A DNA stretch of 64,000 nucleotides from Eledone cirrhosa (GCA_964016885.1 OZ024743.1:119536001-119600000), one strand, 5' to 3'. Counted from the first letter of the stretch, positions 43,020 through 59,900 are shown. Notes: generated by a model not told the origin, from the sequence alone. Made by a program: numbers and translations.

Positions 43020-44354
43020 AAGTTAGATTGGCAGAGTCGTTAGAGCATCGGACAAATGTTTAACAGTATTTGTTCCGGTTCCTTATGTTCTGAGTTCAAA
43101 TCCCGTTGAGGTTAGCTTTGCCTTTCATCCTTAAGGGGTCAATGAAATAAAATATCAGTAATGCAATGGAGTTGATGTAATTGATCCTCCCCGCACAAGA
43201 ATTGTTGGGTTTGTGCCTAAATCAGAAACCATTCGGGGGATTGGCAGTATCGCTAGAGGGTCGGACGCCATGCTTTGACGCATAGAATTACGGCCCTTGC
43301 CATCTGAGTTCAAATCCCGCCGAGGTTAACTTTGCCTTTCATCCTTACGGGGTCGATAAAATAAAGTACCAGTAATGCACTGGGTAATTGCTGGCCTTGT
43401 GCCAAGAGTAGAAACAATTATTGAGGTCGGTGGATTGGCAGTGTCGGTAGAGAGTCGGACACCATGCTTTGAAGCATAGAGTTACGGTCCTTTACGGTCT
43501 GAGTTCAAATCCCGCCAAGGTTGACTTTGCCTTTCATCCTTACGGGGTTGATAAAATAAAGCACCAGTAACGTACTGGGGTAGATTTAATTGACTTTCCC
43601 CTCCACCCAAATTACTGGCCATGTGCCTATGCTAGAAATCATTAATATTCGGGTGGTGGATTGGTAGTATCAGTAGAGCACAAAATTGTTCGCCTTGTGC
43701 CTAAATCAGAAACTATCATTAAACGAAATAATAGTGTGTCTAATAAAATACTAACTTTGCTGTTCATCCTTTCAGGGTCAATAAAGTAAAGTACAAGGTA
43801 AGTACTGTGGACGATATAATCAGCTCTCCACGCCCACAAAATTGCTGGCCTTGTACTCATGTTAGAAAGAATTATTATTGCTGTTGTTTTTGTTGGGGCC
43901 CTTGTTTGGCAGAATTGTTAGAGCGTCGGACAAATGCTTAGCACTATTTGTTCCTGCTCTTTACTTTGTGAATCAAATCACACCGACGTCAACTTTGCAT
44001 TTCATCCTTATGAGGTCGATAAAATAATGTAAAAGTAACGTACTGGGGTCGGTTTTATCGACATTCCGTTTCCCTTCAAAATTGCAGGCTTTGTGCCAAA
44101 TGTTAATACAATTATTTTTGGCATTGTTATTTTTGGCACCCTAAGTTCCTTGTTTTCATACATAATTGTTTCTACTGTTGTCACAAGGCCAGCAATTACC
44201 CAGTACATTACTGGTACTTTATTTTATCGACCCCGTAAGGATGAAAGGCAAAGTTAACCTCGGCGGGATTTGAACTCAGAATGGCAAGGGCTGTAACTCT
44301 ATGCGTCAAAGCAAGGCGTCCGGCTCTCTACCGATACTGCCAATTCACCACCCT
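43020..44354. mobile_element. Dense array of ~7 SINE family A copies (six on +, last at 44163-44354 on -)
   Basis: Heads near 43020, 43236, 43425, 43650 and 43905, a headless copy near 43750, and a minus copy. Confidence 0.88.
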
Positions 44355-45735
44355 TGTTTTCATACATAATGTTATGATATTTGTATTATCCTTGTTTATA
44401 AGTTGTACTATTCACAGCACTTACTTTGAGCCCTTCGTGGTAGAAATATCGTAGGAATATTAAAAGACATTTTAAATTTTTGTTTAAAAAATCCAACATT
44501 ACAAATGGCTACACCTTTTTCTACAACTTCCCCCTCTCCTACAGCCCCCACCATAGCCACCCCCATCTCAGCGACCTATAGTAGAAGCAACAATACTGTA
44601 GCCGCCAACACTGAAATGAACAAAGTTTCGCTCGCAATACCAAAATATCTACAAAATATTACACTGCTTCCATGCCTTTCACCAAGCTCACCACTACCAC
44701 AATGTCTACATCCTCTGCAAAAACTTAAAAAGATGTTTGCACGGAAAACAAAGATGAACGCTAAATCGAAGTCGAAAACCTGATCCTAAAAAGCAATAGG
44801 AAAGCTACATTTGCTCTGCATGAGGACAATCAGGAGAGAGAGGACCGAAAAACGATCGTGAATCGCTATCTAGATAAAGAGCCAAAAAGCCGAAGAGGCA
44901 ACAAGCACAGAATAAAGAGCGTTGAGAATATTTGGAGTGACATCGATTTCATCAATAGAGCCACACAATACGCGAAACACCTACCCGTAAGATTGTGCCC
45001 TATTGCATGGTGCCATGTAACACAAGGGCCCCTAGGTCATTGTAGTCTTTGTAAATCAATATGGGCAAGTACTTAATGAATGTCAAAGTGGTTAGAAATA
45101 ATTTGTATCGGGATGGTTCACACGAACTTAAAAATACCCATAGCCATTTCAACACCACAAGGTCATTCCAAAATTGTGCCGTGTCAAACCAAATAAATGG
45201 CGCAGGGCAGAAAGTCTAGTTATCAAATTATGAAAACAAAAAGAATTTTAGGGCTTCCTGCCCCGAGGAGATGAAGTAAACAAATGCTGATATGACTGGT
45301 GGAGTAACTAGGTCAGTATCTATAAGAATAAGTGCGTTCTTGTGCAGTAACATCGCTATTCATACCAACGGTTTCAACACATATGACCAGAAAATCTGCC
45401 TCTTTCTCGGTTCGTGTAGATAACAACATCGTAGTACTTTCTCCCAATAGACGGATAGCACAAAGGCTTACATCACGATCATTCTTAGAGGTATGCGATG
45501 CAAGAATTTCCTTCTTCAGAGCACCAGCCCATACACTTGTGATAATGAAGAACAATGTACGCTGGGAGCGTCTGAAAGACTGTTACATCAGAAAAACCTA
45601 CTCAATATACAGATGGGCTGGGACATGAGAAATCTCTAGCAAGAACACCGGAAGGTTAAACTTTTGTGATAGTTTTAACAATGAAAGAAATCTATGAAGG
45701 CACGAAGTACATTTGTCCAGAAAATATGAGCTGGT

Positions 45736-46065
45736 TTGTAAAGGTGTATGGCTTAGTGGTGAGAGTGGTGGGCTTACAATTGAGAGGTTGTGAGTTTGAT
45801 TCCTTTGATTCCAAGTTGTGTCTTTGAGCAAGACACTTTATTTCACGTTGCTCCAGTTTACTCAGCTGTAGAGATGAGTTGCGACATCACTGTTTGCCAA
45901 GATGTATCGGCCATTGCCTTTCTTGTGAACAACATCGGTGTCGTGCAGAGAAAAGACTGGTATGCATGGGTGACTGTTGGTCTTCTACAAACAAATCTTG
46001 CCCAGACTTGTGCCTCCGAGGAAACCTTCTAGGTGCAAAAGGAATGGTCATTAGTGACCAATGGG
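45736..46065 (+). mobile_element. tRNA-derived CORE-like SINE
   Basis: TGGCTTAGTGG A box, GTTTGATTCC B box, TGTGTCTTTGAGCAAGACACTTTATTTCAC. Confidence 0.75.
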
Positions 46066-46339
46066 GGCCTGAATGGGCTGGTTTCTTGATAGATTCGCTG
46101 AGAATATGCTTACTGGTTATTTCGTATTAGGTGTGCGGAAATGTAGGGCAATCTAATTCGACTTAAATATGTTTCTCTGCTGTGTATCGGTGAGTAATCC
46201 TAAATGTTTTATTTTACGTTTCATAATATATTCTATTAAATACTGTGTGTTCTAATTTTATATTTATTCTATGTTTTATAAAACTTTAATTTATTACATA
46301 ACATCCTTTCCCTCTTATTCGCTTATATATGCACGCAAA

Positions 46340-46505
46340 ATTCCGTTATAACGAATACCATTATAAGGAATTTTTCAGTATAACGAAATTTTTTTCAATA
46401 CCCGGCCACATGCTCGAAGTATTAAGTCGATCTCGTTATAAAGAATTTTTCGTTATAGCGAATATTTTTTTATACCCTGTCAGTTTTTTTATAACTTGTA
46501 TTGTA
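46340..46505. mobile_element. Probable pogo/Tigger-like MITE fragment
   Basis: Repeated CGTTATAACGAA-type subterminal motifs. Confidence 0.45.
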
Positions 46506-47149
46506 ACTATTATGTTTCTAATGTTTATTTATGTGTATAACAGAAATGGAAGTCGGCATAATTGCAAAGGTAACCTTTCTAACATTTTAAACGTTCCTTT
46601 AAGCCTACTCAGTATTTCCATTGTTGACATTGCGAGTAGAAGTATATTCCTATTTAAAACTTCCTGGTGCACGAAGTTTTTTCTTTCTACCGCTGTTATG
46701 AATTCACACTTTTGAACACAATAAAAGCTATTGATAACTTCAACAGATAGTATTGACAGTGTCGAGGTTGAGAATACTCATGTTTGCTATTGTCACCGCC
46801 GCTGTTATTGTTGATGTTATCCTCGTTGCTATTTAGTCTCATTCATTCGTGACTTGGCAAACCTAAGGTTAAAAGATTGTCTAGCCTTGACAAAAACCCA
46901 GATTTCATATATCCTGCACCAAGGCTAATTTACCTGGGTGTAAAAAAAACTGACTAGTGGTAGCAGCTTACACGATGTCAACGGTGTAGCATGAGGTATG
47001 TATCTCGGACATTTAAGTTGCTCTCGTTCAGTTGCTCTAGTAATAAATAGGAATCATGTCATCAATACAAAATGTTACATTAAGGTGCGGGGGCATCATA
47101 TATTTGATATATTATAGATGGCAAAATCGGTAGTATGGTTATATTTCTT

Positions 47150-47632
47150 GAAACATTCTAACCATATGCCCATAGTATTGGAGCTGTGATATCTCAATGA
47201 TATCTCTACCGAGTAAAGTTACTGCAAAGACCCTTCGGAAAAACCCATTTCGGCTGCTTGCATTAGCGATGGTGTTCTTTCGGTCATTACCCAAGACTCA
47301 TGACCATAGGTAAGGGTTGACACAATATCGAATTGAAAATAGCGAATTTGGGTTTTATACCTACCTCTCTTTTCTGATTACCGAATGCTGAAGATGGTGC
47401 ATTACTGCACCAGCTCCAGCAATTTTTGCACTTGATGCAACCGCCAGCTTTCCATCACTCATGAACACGGCCTCGAGATACTTGGACTTCTCTTCCTGCT
47501 TCAGTAGATTTCCATTCACATGTAGAGTGTCTCAGTTTTCGCAGCATTGATTTTCAATCCAGCCATGCAGCATTCGGCATCAAACCTATGAAGTGCATGT
47601 CTGAGATCACCTTCGATCAATCAAATAATTAC
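47150..47632 (-). pseudogene. RTE-clade LINE RT C-terminal fragment
   Basis: Minus translation LHVNGNLLKQEEKSKYLEAVFMSDG..AGAVM..L and, after a shift, TLTYGHESWVMTER..QAAEMGF.RR. Confidence 0.8.
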
Positions 47633-47714
47633 CACTTCGTAAAATAAAATAAAATGGAGGCGCCAATTAATTTACTCTAAGTTAAAAGACAGCATGACTA
47701 CCAACCAATTGGTG

Positions 47715-47929
<215 letters not shown>

Positions 47930-48055
47930 TAGATATATAAGAATGGAAGTTTGTAAAATCTAAGTTACGCCGCTCGGCCAGCATCCACGAAAAAAAACAA
48001 TATTCGGAGATTTGCACGAAGCACTCAATAAGAAGATATCGATAAATCGATAAGT

Positions 48056-48108
<53 letters not shown>

Positions 48109-48167
48109 CACACCCACATACACACACACACACACACACATCCACATATATATATATATATATATAT

Positions 48168-48858
<691 letters not shown>

Positions 48859-48880
48859 TATATACATATGTATATATACA

Positions 48881-49205
48881 CAGTTTTCCCTCGGTATTTG
48901 TGGGTTTACGTTCCTAGAGTACCCGCGAAGAGTGAAAAAACCGCGAACATTGGATGTTGTCAATAAAAATGCCTATAAACGTCAAAATATAATGTAAAAT
49001 GTGGGCCGGCAAATACGGTATATTGTTATTAATAATTTAGCGTTAAAATGCATGAAACATTATATATTTTGCGACGAAAAAAGCCATAAGAACATCGCAG
49101 AAGCTATTTACGATTCCACGAATATGTTGTGGTTTCCACTAACAATTATTAAGTTCTAAAAAAAATTCCGCGAATAACCGGAACCGTCAATGCCGGGAGT
49201 ATACA
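48881..49205. mobile_element. Probable pogo/Tigger-like MITE
   Basis: CAGTTTTCCCTCGGTATT start, CCGCGAA motifs, and a degenerate inverted end CGGGAGTATAC. Confidence 0.5.
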
Positions 49206-49229
49206 CTCTCTCTCTCTCTCTCTCTCCCC

Positions 49230-49292
<63 letters not shown>

Positions 49293-49295
49293 GCC

Positions 49296-50129
49296 GAACA
49301 AGCAAACATTAAACAATCTTTTAAATAAATTAAAATATGATTTAAATATTTACCTCTTCTAGTGCCATGACCGACGGTTTAGCTAATCAAAAGATTGGAA
49401 ATTCAGAGAATTTCCAATGGAAAGATATAGCTCTTCAGATAGCTTTTCCAAACCTTCTAGATATAAATCCACCTAGATGTGGATGTGACGCTTTCTGCCC
49501 GGTGAATGAATCAAGCCGTTAAAATGACCACCACACAAATGGGCCGTTAGAAAGAGCGGGAATAATAGACTAGTTGATATTTCATGTTACTAGAAATAGC
49601 AGCATGATACAACATTTTTTTCTCAACATTAAGGAGAATTCAGATAAATGATATAGATATTCCAGTAGGTACTAAGTACCCACGGAAATATATATGGTGT
49701 CTATAATAGTGGTCGTTCCATGGTACTAATTTGAGATACCAGAACTGTAAATATTAACGGAACAAGCAAATATTAAACAATCTTTTAAATAAATTAAAAT
49801 ATGATTTAAATATTTACCTCTTCTAGTGCCATGACCGACGGTTTAGCTAATCAAAAGATTGGAAATTCAGAGAATTTCCAATGGAAAGATATAGCTCTTC
49901 AGATATATCTTTTCCAAACCTTCTAGATATAAATCCACGTAGCTGTGGATGTGATGCTTTCTGCCCGGTGAATGAATCAAGCCGATAAAATGACCACCAC
50001 TCAAATAGGCCGTTAGAAAGAGCGGGAATAATAGACTAGTTGATATTTCATGTTACTAGAAATAGCAGCATGATACAATATTTTTTTCTCAACATTAAGG
50101 AGAATTCAGATAAATGATATAGATATTCA
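49296..50129. repeat. Direct duplication of ~370 bp (49296-49662, 49760-50129)
   Basis: Near-identical copies with a ~95-bp spacer, flanked by (TA)n. Confidence 0.9.
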
Positions 50130-50172
50130 TATATATATATATAAATTCAGAATTTTATTTCTCGCTCTAGTA

Positions 50173-50216
<44 letters not shown>

Positions 50217-50435
50217 GTATGTGACGGCTTATAAACAATGTCCAGAAAATCATCCTGTGTCTTATGACGTTTCAGTCACTGACTAATGGAAATCTATTCC
50301 TGCAGTCGCCCTTAAATTAAACCCCAAATATCTCCACCATGGCAGCGATTGTATGTATATAATGTGAAAGGAAATTGGAAGGCCCATATATATACGTGTG
50401 TGTATGTATATATATATAAATGTGTTTCTGTATAC

Positions 50436-50481
<46 letters not shown>

Positions 50482-50977
50482 GGGTGTCTGTGATCTATAT
50501 ACACTGGACATAGAGACACACACATATACACATACATATATATATACATCACACCACCAGCTCTCTTCCATTCTCCTTCTCTGTCCCCTCTCCCTCTCTC
50601 TCTGTCACCCTTTCAATCTACTCTGTCACAACCACTATCTCTTCCTCTGTATCTTTCTCTCTCTTTGTTTATGAAGGTACCCGGAAAAAACCCCATATCT
50701 CGAGAACCCGTGGTCCGATTTACGCAAAATTTGTTTTATTCCATTTGTATTCCCATTTCAGGGTCAACATTCTTTCAAAGCATTTTTCCATTATGCACCC
50801 TTTTAGCTGTATTACATTACAGACAAGCATGCAAGCAATCACAGACTTTTAGTATTATATAGATTAAGATGAATAAAATAAATTTATTTTGAATTTGATC
50901 TGTTTTAAAATTGTACTAAATATTTCAATAAAAAATACGATGTAGAGAATAAAGGATATACATACAGACACACACAG

Positions 50978-51008
<31 letters not shown>

Positions 51009-51111
51009 TGTGTGTATATATATATATAGAGAGAGAGAGAGAGAAAGAGGGAGAGAGAGAAAGAGGGAGAAAGAGTGAGAGAGAGGGAGAGAGAGAGAGT
51101 GACAGTGACAG

Positions 51112-51224
<113 letters not shown>

Positions 51225-52379
51225 TGTATGTATGTATATATTCACAAAAAAATAGACACAGAATCGTATATTTACTAAAACACACCGAGAGTGTGAAAAA
51301 GATAAGATAGACACCTAGAAAGAAGCGTGAGATGAAAGAGAGAAATAAAGTAGGGGGTGTAAAAGAAGAAGGCGAAGACTTTTTTTTTTTTACTTTGAAG
51401 TATCTGTTATCCTTTGAGCTACGAAATGGAACCATCGCATTAGTAACAATCCAGTGATGCGCAAAGAACAACGCCGTGGTTTTAGAGTTAACTTTTTGCA
51501 AGCACAAATTACGACACTCTTTCTTACACTCTTGCAACAATTCTACTTCACTTAGTCATTTTTATATTATAGCTGTTGAACAATAGCGTCGTTAGTTACA
51601 CGTTTCCAGCAGGCCAATCACTGGTTCACATGATTTTTTAAGGCGAAAATTACAAAGGATTTCGTCCGGGTAGAACATATACCACCGAGGATAATTTTAT
51701 TGGAAAGCATAGAACTTTTATCGGTTTTCTTGCTAATATGTACATTTTTCATCGATGATATACACAACCGTATGTATGTATGTATGTATGTATGTATGTA
51801 TGTATGTATGTATGTATGTATGTATGTATGTATGCATGCATGTATGTATGTACGTAGTATGTATGTATGTAAATAGCCTAGTACAAACAGTATCATGTTC
51901 AGGTGCTCGGCGAATAAACCCTGATCTGATGAGGTGGGTAAGTGGAAACCCAGCAGTACTAAAACAAGAGCTGTCAAAGAGTGGATGACAGAGTCAACGG
52001 CCATCCATCCAACTAGGGGTCAAATAGCCTCACTAACCTTCAATTGGCCAAGCATGGTAAATATGGCTACACCTTCTGGAGAGGTTAAACTCCATGTCAT
52101 TAACACATATCTTCGTAACTGTCTTGTTATCCTGCCTTGGCTTGTCACTGGACCCATAGCTGCGAGGATGGAGTGGGTGTAATGTATTTAACACAAGCAC
52201 GTAGCATTGCCATCTTTATGTGCAGATTTTCTTTGGTATTTTCAGGTATGGAGGAGTGACAACATGTGCCGACTCGACCGGTTAAAGGCACGTAACCATA
52301 AATCTACACGTATAAAACTACATGTATGGATGGTTGTGTATATTTTGGCTTTTAGAATAGGTAAACTGCCTACATGCAT

Positions 52380-52705
52380 ACCGTACTGGCACTCCGTCGG
52401 TTATGACGACGATTGTTCCAGTTGATCCGATCAACGGAACAGCCTGCTCCTGAAATTAACGTGCAAGTGGCTGAGCATTCCACAGACACGCGTATCCTTA
52501 AGGTAATTCTCAGGGAGATTCAACGCGATATAGTATGTGATAAGGCTGGCCCTTCGAATTACAGGCAAAGGTCATTTATGCCAGCTGAGTGAACTGAAGC
52601 AACGTGAAATAAAATGTCTTACTCAAGGACAAAATGCACCGCCGAGAATTGAACTCACAATTGTGAGCTGAATACTCTAACCACAAAGCCACGCGCCTTC
52701 ACATA
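52380..52705 (-). mobile_element. tRNA-derived CORE-like SINE
   Basis: Minus head GTGAAGGCGCGTGGCTTTGTGG..GAGTTCAATTCTC, then TGTCCTTGAGTAAGACATTTTATTTCAC. Confidence 0.8.
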
Positions 52706-53439
52706 CCGCAAGAGACGACTAAATGTGCTGACATTAGGTAGAGGCCCAGACTGTAAGATAATACAACGAATATTCGCGCATAACCAATGCGAACACGGAG
52801 GAAGAGGCATGAAACGATGATTATGTATATGTGTCGGTCATTGACCGTTTATGTTTCTGTGTACACGTGTGTATACGCGTAATCTTGACAATAGCTGCTG
52901 CATGAATACAATAAAATTACGCAATGTAAATAAACAACATAATTCACTACTCATATATATATATATATATACACGCATATATACATGTACAAATATCATA
53001 AACCGCACCTCTATCACCAACCTTCTTCGAATGGACAATGTTAACGAAAAAAGAAATCACAAAGAATTGAATAATTAAAAATAAAATATACATAAATATA
53101 TTTACGAAAACAAGTAAGCATGTGAAAAACGGAATCTCTTCTCCCACCCAAGGAGTAGTCAAAGGATAGAAAGAAAAAACAGGGTAACGGGCGAAGCAGG
53201 GTAAGTTGGTCAGGCAGGATTAAAGAACACAATAAACATAATCAATGAAAGAAACAAACAGCTTAGAAGGAAATCTCTCCAAAGAACAGTTTCCAAGCAT
53301 TTATATCAAATCACTCCAAAATTCGTGTGAAAAAATAGAGAGAAATAAAAAATACGGATAAAGATATACAAATAGAAAAATGTTAACATAAAAAAGCAAT
53401 AAAATTAAAAGCATAAAAGAACATATAAACATGTATATG

Positions 53440-53500
<61 letters not shown>

Positions 53501-53618
53501 TATATTTATTAAATACACACACACACACACATTATATATATATGTAGGTATATATATATATATATATATATACCTACACATATATATATATACATACATA
53601 TAATAATAGATATAAAGT

Positions 53619-53650
<32 letters not shown>

Positions 53651-54110
53651 TAACATATATGTGTGGCTGTATATATATATATATATACATGTGCATATAT
53701 AAATATATATGTATGTATATATATATATGCACATACATAAATATTTATATATGCACACACATATATATATATATATATAAACAGCAACAACAAGAACAGC
53801 GATAGAAACATGAAAGTAACAAAACAAACAGAGAAACAAAGGAAGAGAAGTACGACAAACAAGGAGCGAGAAAAACCTGCGTTCTACTTGATAGAACACT
53901 AACTAGAGGAGTCAGTGATGGGTGAAATTTCTTGGACTCCGATACTACAATCTGTTCAGGCATTGCAACCTAAATGTGAAGAGTAAATAACAAATATATA
54001 CATAATATACACATAGATGCGGGCACAAATACACATATACACCTTGACCACACACACACAGACACACACACACGCACACACACACACACACACTCACACA
54101 TATATATATA

Positions 54111-54147
<37 letters not shown>

Positions 54148-54500
54148 ATATGCGCGTACATTTGTATACGTGTGTGTGCGTGCATATGTATATATGCATA
54201 TGTATATATGTATATGTATATATGTATATGTATATATGCATATGTATATATGTATATGTATATATGTATATGTACATATAAATGTATATATATATATGTA
54301 TATGTATATACGTATATGTGTATACGCATATATGTGTGTGTATATCTATAATTGAATAAATGTATATATATGTGTATATATGTATATGCATATATATATA
54401 TATATGTGTGCGTGTGTATATATGTATATGTATATATGTATTTGTATATATTTATATGTATATATGTATATATGTATATGTATATATGTGTGAGTATATA

Positions 54501-54555
54501 GAAGAAGAAGAAGAAGAAGAAGAAGAAGAAGAAGAAGAAGAAGAAGAAGAAGAAG

Positions 54556-54626
<71 letters not shown>
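54501..54626. repeat. (GAA)n(CAA)n compound microsatellite
   Basis: Direct runs. Confidence 0.95.
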
Positions 54627-55363
54627 AAGGGTTTTCAACAAATACGAACCAAAAGCTCATTGGGAATTAAACAAATATAAGGATGATGAAAAGAAGTAAA
54701 ATTATTTTGTGAATGTTAGTCAACTTCAAAAGATCCTTCTTACAGTGGGGATTATTTTCTAAATATGGTTTATCTGTGGTCAGTGTTTTAAGATGTTAGA
54801 ATGGCAGAATTGGTATCGCGTCTATTTTTACGTTCTGAGTTCGACCCAAGCCGACATCGTGATTGTCTTCCATAATTTCAGTATCGATATAATCAGCCAT
54901 TCCATTTCTTAGTGCGTAACTTTATGCTTGAAGTTCGATTCAAGTCGGGTTCAACTAAGTATTTTATTCAGTAAATACAATTCAATTAAATCAAGTAAAT
55001 ACAATTCAATTACTAGGTTCATTATAATCAACCCTAACAGTGTATGCCCTTATTTTTGTGAGTTCGATTCATGTCTAGGCTGAATTTACATTTTAGAATA
55101 GATATATAGCTACACTATCAAAACACCAAAGACACTGCTTAGATCAATAAAAATGCATAGCATTTCTTTTCGCATGAGCTGCACACAAATATAACCCCTA
55201 AAATTGCCAGAAATACGAGGTTTCATTATCATTGATGATCCCTCATAACGAACACACATCCTTCACACAGCTAAGATCACACTGCACATCTATTATTTGT
55301 AAAGCCAGAAAATACTTCAGCCCTTAACAATCACCCACCCTCTAAAAAAACTCAGGTGAAAGA

Positions 55364-55625
55364 AATAATTGTTTCTACGTTAGGCACAAGGCCAGCAATT
55401 ACCCAGTGTATTACTGGTACTTTATTTTATCGACCCCGTAAGGATTAAAGGCAAAGTTAACCTCGGTGAAAGAAATAATGGTTTCTTATATAGGCACAAG
55501 GCCAGCAATTTGGGGAGAGGGGAAAGTCGATTAAATCGATCCCAGTGCGTGACTGATACTTTATTTTATCGACCACGTAAGGATGAAAGGCAAAGTTAAC
55601 CTTGGCGGGATTTGAACTCAGATCG
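55364..55625 (-). mobile_element. Two SINE family A 3' halves
   Basis: Reverse-complement consensus matches. Confidence 0.85.
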
Positions 55626-56631
55626 TACGGTTCCTAGACCTGGGATGGTGCCACAGAATGGCTACACTAGTGATTGGCATGAAATTATTAAAATAATCGC
55701 CTCATCGGCTTCATCCGTTTCTCCTACGTTCATTACGGGTTATATCCCGCCGCTCGCCAAGCTCCGCACTGATCACTTTTCACCAGGATTTCAATCAACT
55801 GGAATTACCTTGCTGCTCGTGTCTGACGACAATTTAAACGATTTGAACGGTCTTGGAGTGCCTGCGACAGTCATATGCACCGCTATTCTTCCAAACCTAG
55901 GAAATAAAATAATGGGGAGACAATAAATGTCTTATAACATTCTGTTTTGGAATTGTATTTGTTCTCTCTGAGGTCTTTTGTTGAAATCATTAACATTTTT
56001 ACCTAGATAGATTATGATAGCCATTTCAAATAAACGTACACTGGTGCATCCCTGACAATGTAATGTTCTATAAGTAGAAACAGTTATGTTCTATAACGTG
56101 TCAAACAAATTCGTCGTACAAATACGACGTCACTCTATTTCGCCACATATATATATATATTTATATATATATATATCTTAGTCATGATGGCTTTTATTTT
56201 TGAAACTATCATATAGTAGACATCTCACCTCCCTGTCTGTCTTCCTATATTCTCTCTTCTTACCTTTTCTCTTCTGTTTTACGATTTCTCTCATATTTTT
56301 TCTCCTTTGACTAAGCCCTCTCAAACCGTTCTCTACATTATTTGTTAGTTGACGCACTTAGGATGCTTCTTCTTCTATAGCTGTGTAATTCGCCGAAAGG
56401 CATAACTTGTCTCTACCTGTTTCTTTAAGTCCCAATGTGCACTGGAACGATCTTAAAAAACCGAAACTGTAGTGATTTCCAGAGGTTGACTGAGGAGATG
56501 GGATTGTCTGACTTTGCGTTGTTTTTGCTATTGTCTTTGTCCTGCCCCCGCCTAATATTGAATACACACACACACACACACACACACTCACACACACATA
56601 CACATATATATTTATATATATATATATGTGC

Positions 56632-56719
<88 letters not shown>

Positions 56720-56974
56720 CTAATTTGAATATAAACCATGTTGTCTCTAATGTTAGGTACAAGAAGAAGAAGAAGAAGAAGAAGAAGAAGAAGAAGAAGA
56801 AGAAGAAGAAGAAGAAGGGAATAAGATGTAAATGAAAAAAAAAAGAGAAGAATAACGAAGAAAATATTTTCAAATCCTAAGAAAAGAAAGATTAGCTCTG
56901 CCATCTATAAATAAAGACAAATCAAGAATGAACAAGTTTTAAATGACGTCGGGGGACCTACAACTTATACACAT

Positions 56975-59900
56975 TATACACATATACATACACTCATACA
57001 CACACATACATACACTTATACACACATATACATACCCTCCTATACACATATACATACACTCATACACACATATACATACACTCATACACATATATACATA
57101 CACTCATACACATATATATACATACACTCATACACACACATACATACACTTATACACACATGTACATACCCTCCTATACACATATACATACACTCATACA
57201 CATATATACATACACTCATACACATATATACATACACTCATACACATATACATACACTCATACACACACATACATACACTTATACACACATGTACATACC
57301 CTCCTATACACATATACATACACTCATACACACATATACATACACTCATACACATATATATATATACACTCATACACACATATACATACACTCATATACA
57401 CATATATATACACTATTACACACATATACATACACTCATACACACATATAAATACACTCATATACACATATACATACACTCATACACACATATATATATA
57501 CACTCATACACACATATACATACACTCATACACACATATAAATACACTCATACACACATATACATACACTCATACACACATATAAATACACTTATACACA
57601 CATATACATACACTCATACACATATATATATATATATACACTCATATACACATATAAATACATTCATATACACATATACATACGCACATATAAATACACT
57701 CATATACAGATATACATACACTCATACACACCTATAAATACACTCATATACACATATACATACACTTATACACACATATGCATACACTCATACACACATA
57801 TATATATATACACTCATATACACATATACATACACTTATACACACATATACATACACTCATACACACACACACATACACTCATACACACATATACATACA
57901 CTCATACACACATATAAATACACTCATACACACATATACATACACTTATACACACATATACACACATATACATACACTTATACACACATATACATACACT
58001 CATACACACATATACATACACTCATACACACATATATATATATACACTCATACACACATATACATACACTCATATACACATATATATACACTCATATACA
58101 CATATACATACACTCATACACACATATAAATACATTCATATACATATATACATACACACATATAAATACACTCATATACACATATACATACACTCATACA
58201 CACATATACATACACTCATACACACATATAAATACACTCATACACACATATAAATACACTCATACACACATATATATACACTCATACACACATATACATA
58301 CACTCATACACACATATAAATACACTCATATACACATATACATACACTCATACACACATATATATACACTCATACACACATATACATACATTTATACACA
58401 CATATACATACACACATACACACATAAACACACACACATACACTCATACACACATATACATACACTCATACACACATATAAATACACTCATATATACATA
58501 TACATAAACTCATACACATATATATATACACTCATATACACATATACATACACTCATACACATATATATACACTCATACACACATATACATACACTCATA
58601 CACACATATATATATACTCATACACATATACATACACTTATACACACATATACATACACTCATATACACATATACATAAACTCATACATACATATACATA
58701 CACTCATACACACATATAAATACACTCATACACATATATATATATATACACTCATATACACATATATATACACTCATACACACATATACATACACTCATA
58801 CACACATATACATACACTCATATACACATACATAAACTCATACACACATATACATACACACATATACATACACTCATACACACATATATATATACACTCA
58901 TACACACATAAATACACTCATATAGCCATATATATACACTCATACACACATATACATACACTCATACACACATATAAATACACTCATACACACATATACA
59001 TACACTCATACACATATATATATATATACTCATACACTCATACACACATATAAATACACTCATATACACATATATATACACTCATACACACATATATATA
59101 CACTCATACACACATATAGATACACTCATACACACATATACATACACTTATATACACATATACATACACTCATACGCACATATAAATACACTCATATACA
59201 CATATATATACACTCATATACACATATACATACACTCATACACACATATACATACACTCATACACACATATATATACACTCATACACACATATAAATACA
59301 CTCATATACCCATATATATACACTCATACACACATATACATACACTCATACACACATATACATACACTCATACACACATATATATATACTCATACACATA
59401 TACATACACTCATACACACATATACATACACTCATATACACATATACATAAACTCATACATACATATACATACACTCATACACACATATAAATACACTCA
59501 TACACATATATATATATACACTCATATACACATATATATACACTCATACACACATATACATACACTCATACACACATATACATACACTCATATACACATA
59601 CATAAACTCATACACACATATACATACACACATATACATACACTCATACACACATATATATATACACTCATACACACATAAATACACTCATATACCCATA
59701 TATATACACTCATACACACATATACATACACTCATACACACATATAAATACACTCATACACAAATATACATACACTCATACACATATATATATATACACT
59801 CATACACTCATACACACATATAAATACACTCATATACACATATATATACACTCATACACACATATATATACACTCATACACACATATAGATACACTCATA

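Noticed and set aside
43236-43325. tRNA-like A/B boxes
   Set aside because: SINE heads; no cloverleaf, and followed by the SINE core and tail.
44505-45730. Short complex ORFs, possibly a LINE ORF1 remnant or exons
   Set aside because: No diagnostic motif, interrupted by stops; cannot be classified without a search.
51928-51962. CTGATGA..GAAAC..GTA hammerhead-like string
   Set aside because: Stems I and II do not pair convincingly.
56943-58719. 264- and 313-aa His/Thr/Tyr/Ile ORFs
   Set aside because: Read-through of the 22-bp satellite.
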